Shown one piece after another: positions 60,821 through 64,000 of a DNA stretch of 64,000 bases. The notes under the pieces are model-generated. The model worked only from the letters and a program-made list of their open reading frames with translations. It ran no database searches and was not told the origin of the DNA. Every line of letters begins with the position of its first letter. The stretch's first letter is position 1. The stretch covers positions 6,262,001 through 6,326,000 of the forward strand of contig NC_134029.1 in the NCBI RefSeq assembly GCF_964204645.1. The letters are read 5' to 3'. The position numbers were made by a program, and so were the translations under genes. The stretch comes from Tubulanus polymorphus. Its lineage: Eukaryota; Animalia; Nemertea.

Positions 60821-62491
60821 CTAAAACAGAGAAGAACAAGAAACGAAATTCATGGACTTGACCGTTTAATCTAGAATCAAAATTAAAGAAAACATTTTTT
60901 TTTTCAAATCATGAATGGTAGGCATGAAGTTTTTGGCAGAATTTCAGAGGATCCGTGCTCCGAGTGATTCAAAAAATCCTAATATTTCTCCCCTGAATTG
61001 AATCAGGGAGTTTTTATGAAAATCTGACGGCTGGGCCGTATGCAGCCCTGTCTATGGGTAGGTCAAATTTTTTTCATTTATTTAAGGCACTCTAAGGTGT
61101 ATTCTAAGGTGTAAGGTGTATTATTAAGGCTTTCTGGCTATCTTTCTTTTCTGACATTTTCCATGTACGGCAGAATCTAAATAATTTTTCATAATCTGAA
61201 ATTTGATTTGATGATCATCACCTCATAGCAATGTAATCATTAATGCTTCCAACCCACAGAAAACTTATCTATGCAATCAAAAAAACCTAAGATCGACTCA
61301 TGTAGAAAATCCGCGACTAATGTAACGTTTATTTTTTCAAATCATTTGCATTTGAGGAATCCCATGATGAAACATTGCATAGAATCATTCTATGCAATGG
61401 GTCCATCGTGCCACCGTACCATCATGATCTTTGACCCATGTGCATACTACTGATGAGGCCTATACAGATTGGAAAACAACAGGATACCAACCACATAAAT
61501 TGTAAGACATAAACAACACATTACGCACGGAAAATATGAAGCCGAACTCGAACTTTTAGGGGGTAGGAGCGTTCGCACCCTCCCCCCTGAATACGGCCCT
61601 ACAGGTACGGGATCTCTGTGATAACAGCATGAAATGATGATTAATTATAAATACATTCCACTTACATCATGTGAACTACCGATCGATTGTACACTGTGTA
61701 TGAAGTTCGTTAGACAATTAAATTCACTTCAACAAAACAAATCGTAGGCAAAAAAATTGATACCTTGTTTCTCCGCTCTGCTGAGCTTAAAACTTGACCC
61801 GGCCGCCTATCTACCTTGGACATTACTGTTTTTTAGAATCATGATCTATTTTACCATAACAGACCCGGCAGCTATAGAAATGAACTGAAGAAACAAAGTA
61901 TCATTTTTGTTTAGCCTTGAAGTTGGAATTATTTATGTCACCACTTCGGGGTATCTATGCATTTATGAGAAATAAAGCTAGAGGTTTTCATCAATAAATG
62001 CTAATGTTTTTATTCTTCGATTTCAATAAATTATTCTAAAATTTAATTAAAAAAACAGGCAGCGGCTAAATTAGGAGGGGAGTTCCACGATATTGTTCAG
62101 CTGGCTACTGGCGTGTATTCAACCTGGCAGTAGAACCTTTTCATTCAACTTCTATAAGCTCTCAATGTAAATCCATTCAACTATAGAGACACAATTGCGG
62201 CTTTTCAGAGTTGTTGATATCATTCATAGGCGCTATTGAATACGTCACCGGGTGACCACGGTGTACACAAGCATAGGCCATTCACCTCTGCACACTCACA
62301 CTGTGAACATGCTACCGTGTATTCTCCTCCTGGCGATTTTCGCTGCGCTCCCGCTCCTGCTTCTGTTCCTGCTTCCTGAGGAACGACGTCTTTATGTTTT
62401 ATGTGTTACTGTTTGTCTCCGTGCTGTCCTGTACTGTTCCGTGTTTATTAATCCATTCTATTTTTCAGCATTTAACCCGTTTTATTTTTCA

Positions 62492-62760
62492 GGGCCGATT
62501 TCTCTGTCGAATTTCAACGTTTGCTGGAACAAAACTAATGTCCGAAAGCATCAGCTCTCCTTCGCTGGTCATGTGTCGAGGATGTCAGACAAAGAGTCGG
62601 TCAGGAAATTCTGCCCTCTACACGCCCTCATACGGAACACGAAAACCAGGATGACGAGGCCTCACTGCCCCCACCTATCTACAAAGTGTGCTGAGTGATG
62701 TCAATGACGGGCATATCTGTGGGATTGCAGACTGGTTGGAAGATTAATTGAATGAACCGA
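62492..62760 (+). mobile_element. Degenerate 3' end of a non-LTR retrotransposon (RTE-like ORF2 C-terminus)
   Basis: Frameshifted QLSFAGHVSRM...ALYTPSYGTRKPG resembles the RL.[FW]AGH..R ... W.P..G.R..G motif at the end of RTE-clade reverse transcriptase ORFs. Confidence 0.5.
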
Positions 62761-63079
62761 AACCGAAATTCCCAATTATGTGCTTGGATTTAAAGAAAAA
62801 AACATTTATGTAAAATCGACCGCCGATCACACAACTATAGCTGTACTTCGATTTCCGATTTCGAAGTCAAACCCTGTTTCACTCTCAGTTGGTGTGGTGG
62901 GTTTGTAGTAACTGTCTACACCAAACACTGGAGTCTAAAAGATCTCCTAACGCCCCCTCCCGAGTTCTCTCTCCTTTATTATCAGAATCTACGTATCGGT
63001 CTACATTGCTGATCTTTTATATGTTAATTATGATCCGTGATATTAGAAAGGATTTTCTTTTTTTCAGCTAAACTACTTA

Positions 63080-63705
63080 TAATACGTTATAATATAGATA
63101 TCCAAGATCTTGATGTACCGGCATTAAAATAGGCAGAAAAAAAGTTAATCTTGTAATATAGATATCCAAAATCTCGATGTAATAAATAAGGCAGAAAAAA
63201 GTTAACCTTATAATATAGATACGGTATATCCACATGCATAAACAACTAATCAGCAGCAACTGAGACAAAAGTGTATATTATGTACAGTTATTCTGGAGCA
63301 GCAGAGACAATCGTATCTTATAAACAGTTATTCAGGAGCAGCAGAGACAGTGCGTATCTTATAAACACTTATTCAGGAGCAGCAGAGACAATGCGTATCT
63401 TATAAACACTTATTCAGGAGCAGCAGAGACAATAGAATATGTAAAGTATTGACTTATTTTGCTTATTACCTTTTTACAAACCAGCCTGATAGGTAACATG
63501 TAATATAGATATCCAAAATCTTAATATATTAAAGTTAATCTTGTAATATAGATATCCAAAATCTTAATGTATTAAATTAGGCATAAAAAAAAGTTAATCT
63601 TGTAATATAGATATCCAAAATCTTAATGTATTAAATGAGGCATAAAAAAAGTTAATCTTGTAATATAGATATTCCAAATCTTAATGTATTAAATTAGGCA
63701 GAATT
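63080..63705. repeat. Composite minisatellite: about 60-bp units interrupted by a 41-42-bp tandem array (about 63284-63433)
   Basis: Repeated AAAAGTTAATCTTGTAATATAGATATCCAAAATCT units, and TTATTC[AT]GGAGCAGCAGAGACA four times. Confidence 0.85.
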
Positions 63706-64000
63706 AGATCACCGATCACACAACTATATCTGTACTTCGATTTCCGATTTTGAAAAAACTTAGACAAAATTACCTACAACCTTGTAAACTTTCGTACTAT
63801 TTACACGAAAAAAACAACAAAAATTATTTTAAATTAGACAACCAACTTAGGAGACCCTCACCGTTAATTAACCCGGCAATCACAAAAGGTAACTTAATAT
63901 ATATATAGAATTATTGCAATAAATTCTAACTGAAATATTTTGTCATTACAGGATGTCTTCTTTTAATCATTGCAGCTAAATTTCAACTATAAGAAAAACC

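Noticed and set aside
62252-62698. 148-aa ORF with a signal-peptide-like hydrophobic start
   Set aside because: Chimera of low-complexity pyrimidine-rich sequence and a LINE remnant, with no splice or homology support.
63284-63433. Regular 41-42-bp repeats resembling a CRISPR array
   Set aside because: Units are contiguous with no unique spacers, the context is eukaryotic and there are no cas genes; it is a minisatellite.

Overview
AT-rich, intron-dense invertebrate animal genomic DNA. It holds the 3' part of ZFR (+, 872-9904), a complete CLN6 (-, 12068-14362) head-to-head with a complete giant MYCBP2/Highwire/RPM-1 gene (+, 15416-52796), and a lesioned, internally deleted LRRK2-like pseudogene (-, 56715-60820). 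Introns carry many MITEs, and a Helentron-type element lies downstream of MYCBP2. Main unexpected observations: (1) two tandem 135-nt paralogous exons encode alternative versions of the same segment of the MYCBP2 PHR1 domain (candidate mutually exclusive splicing); (2) a second pair of paralogous exons lies in the MYCBP2 central region; both pairs are flanked by long imperfect intronic RNA duplexes; (3) two ZFR introns hold near-identical H/ACA RNAs whose pockets match U6 snRNA U31 and U86 (SNORA79/ACA65-like); (4) ZFR has several candidate poison exons. All calls were made by eye from the sequence; no searches or folding programs were run.
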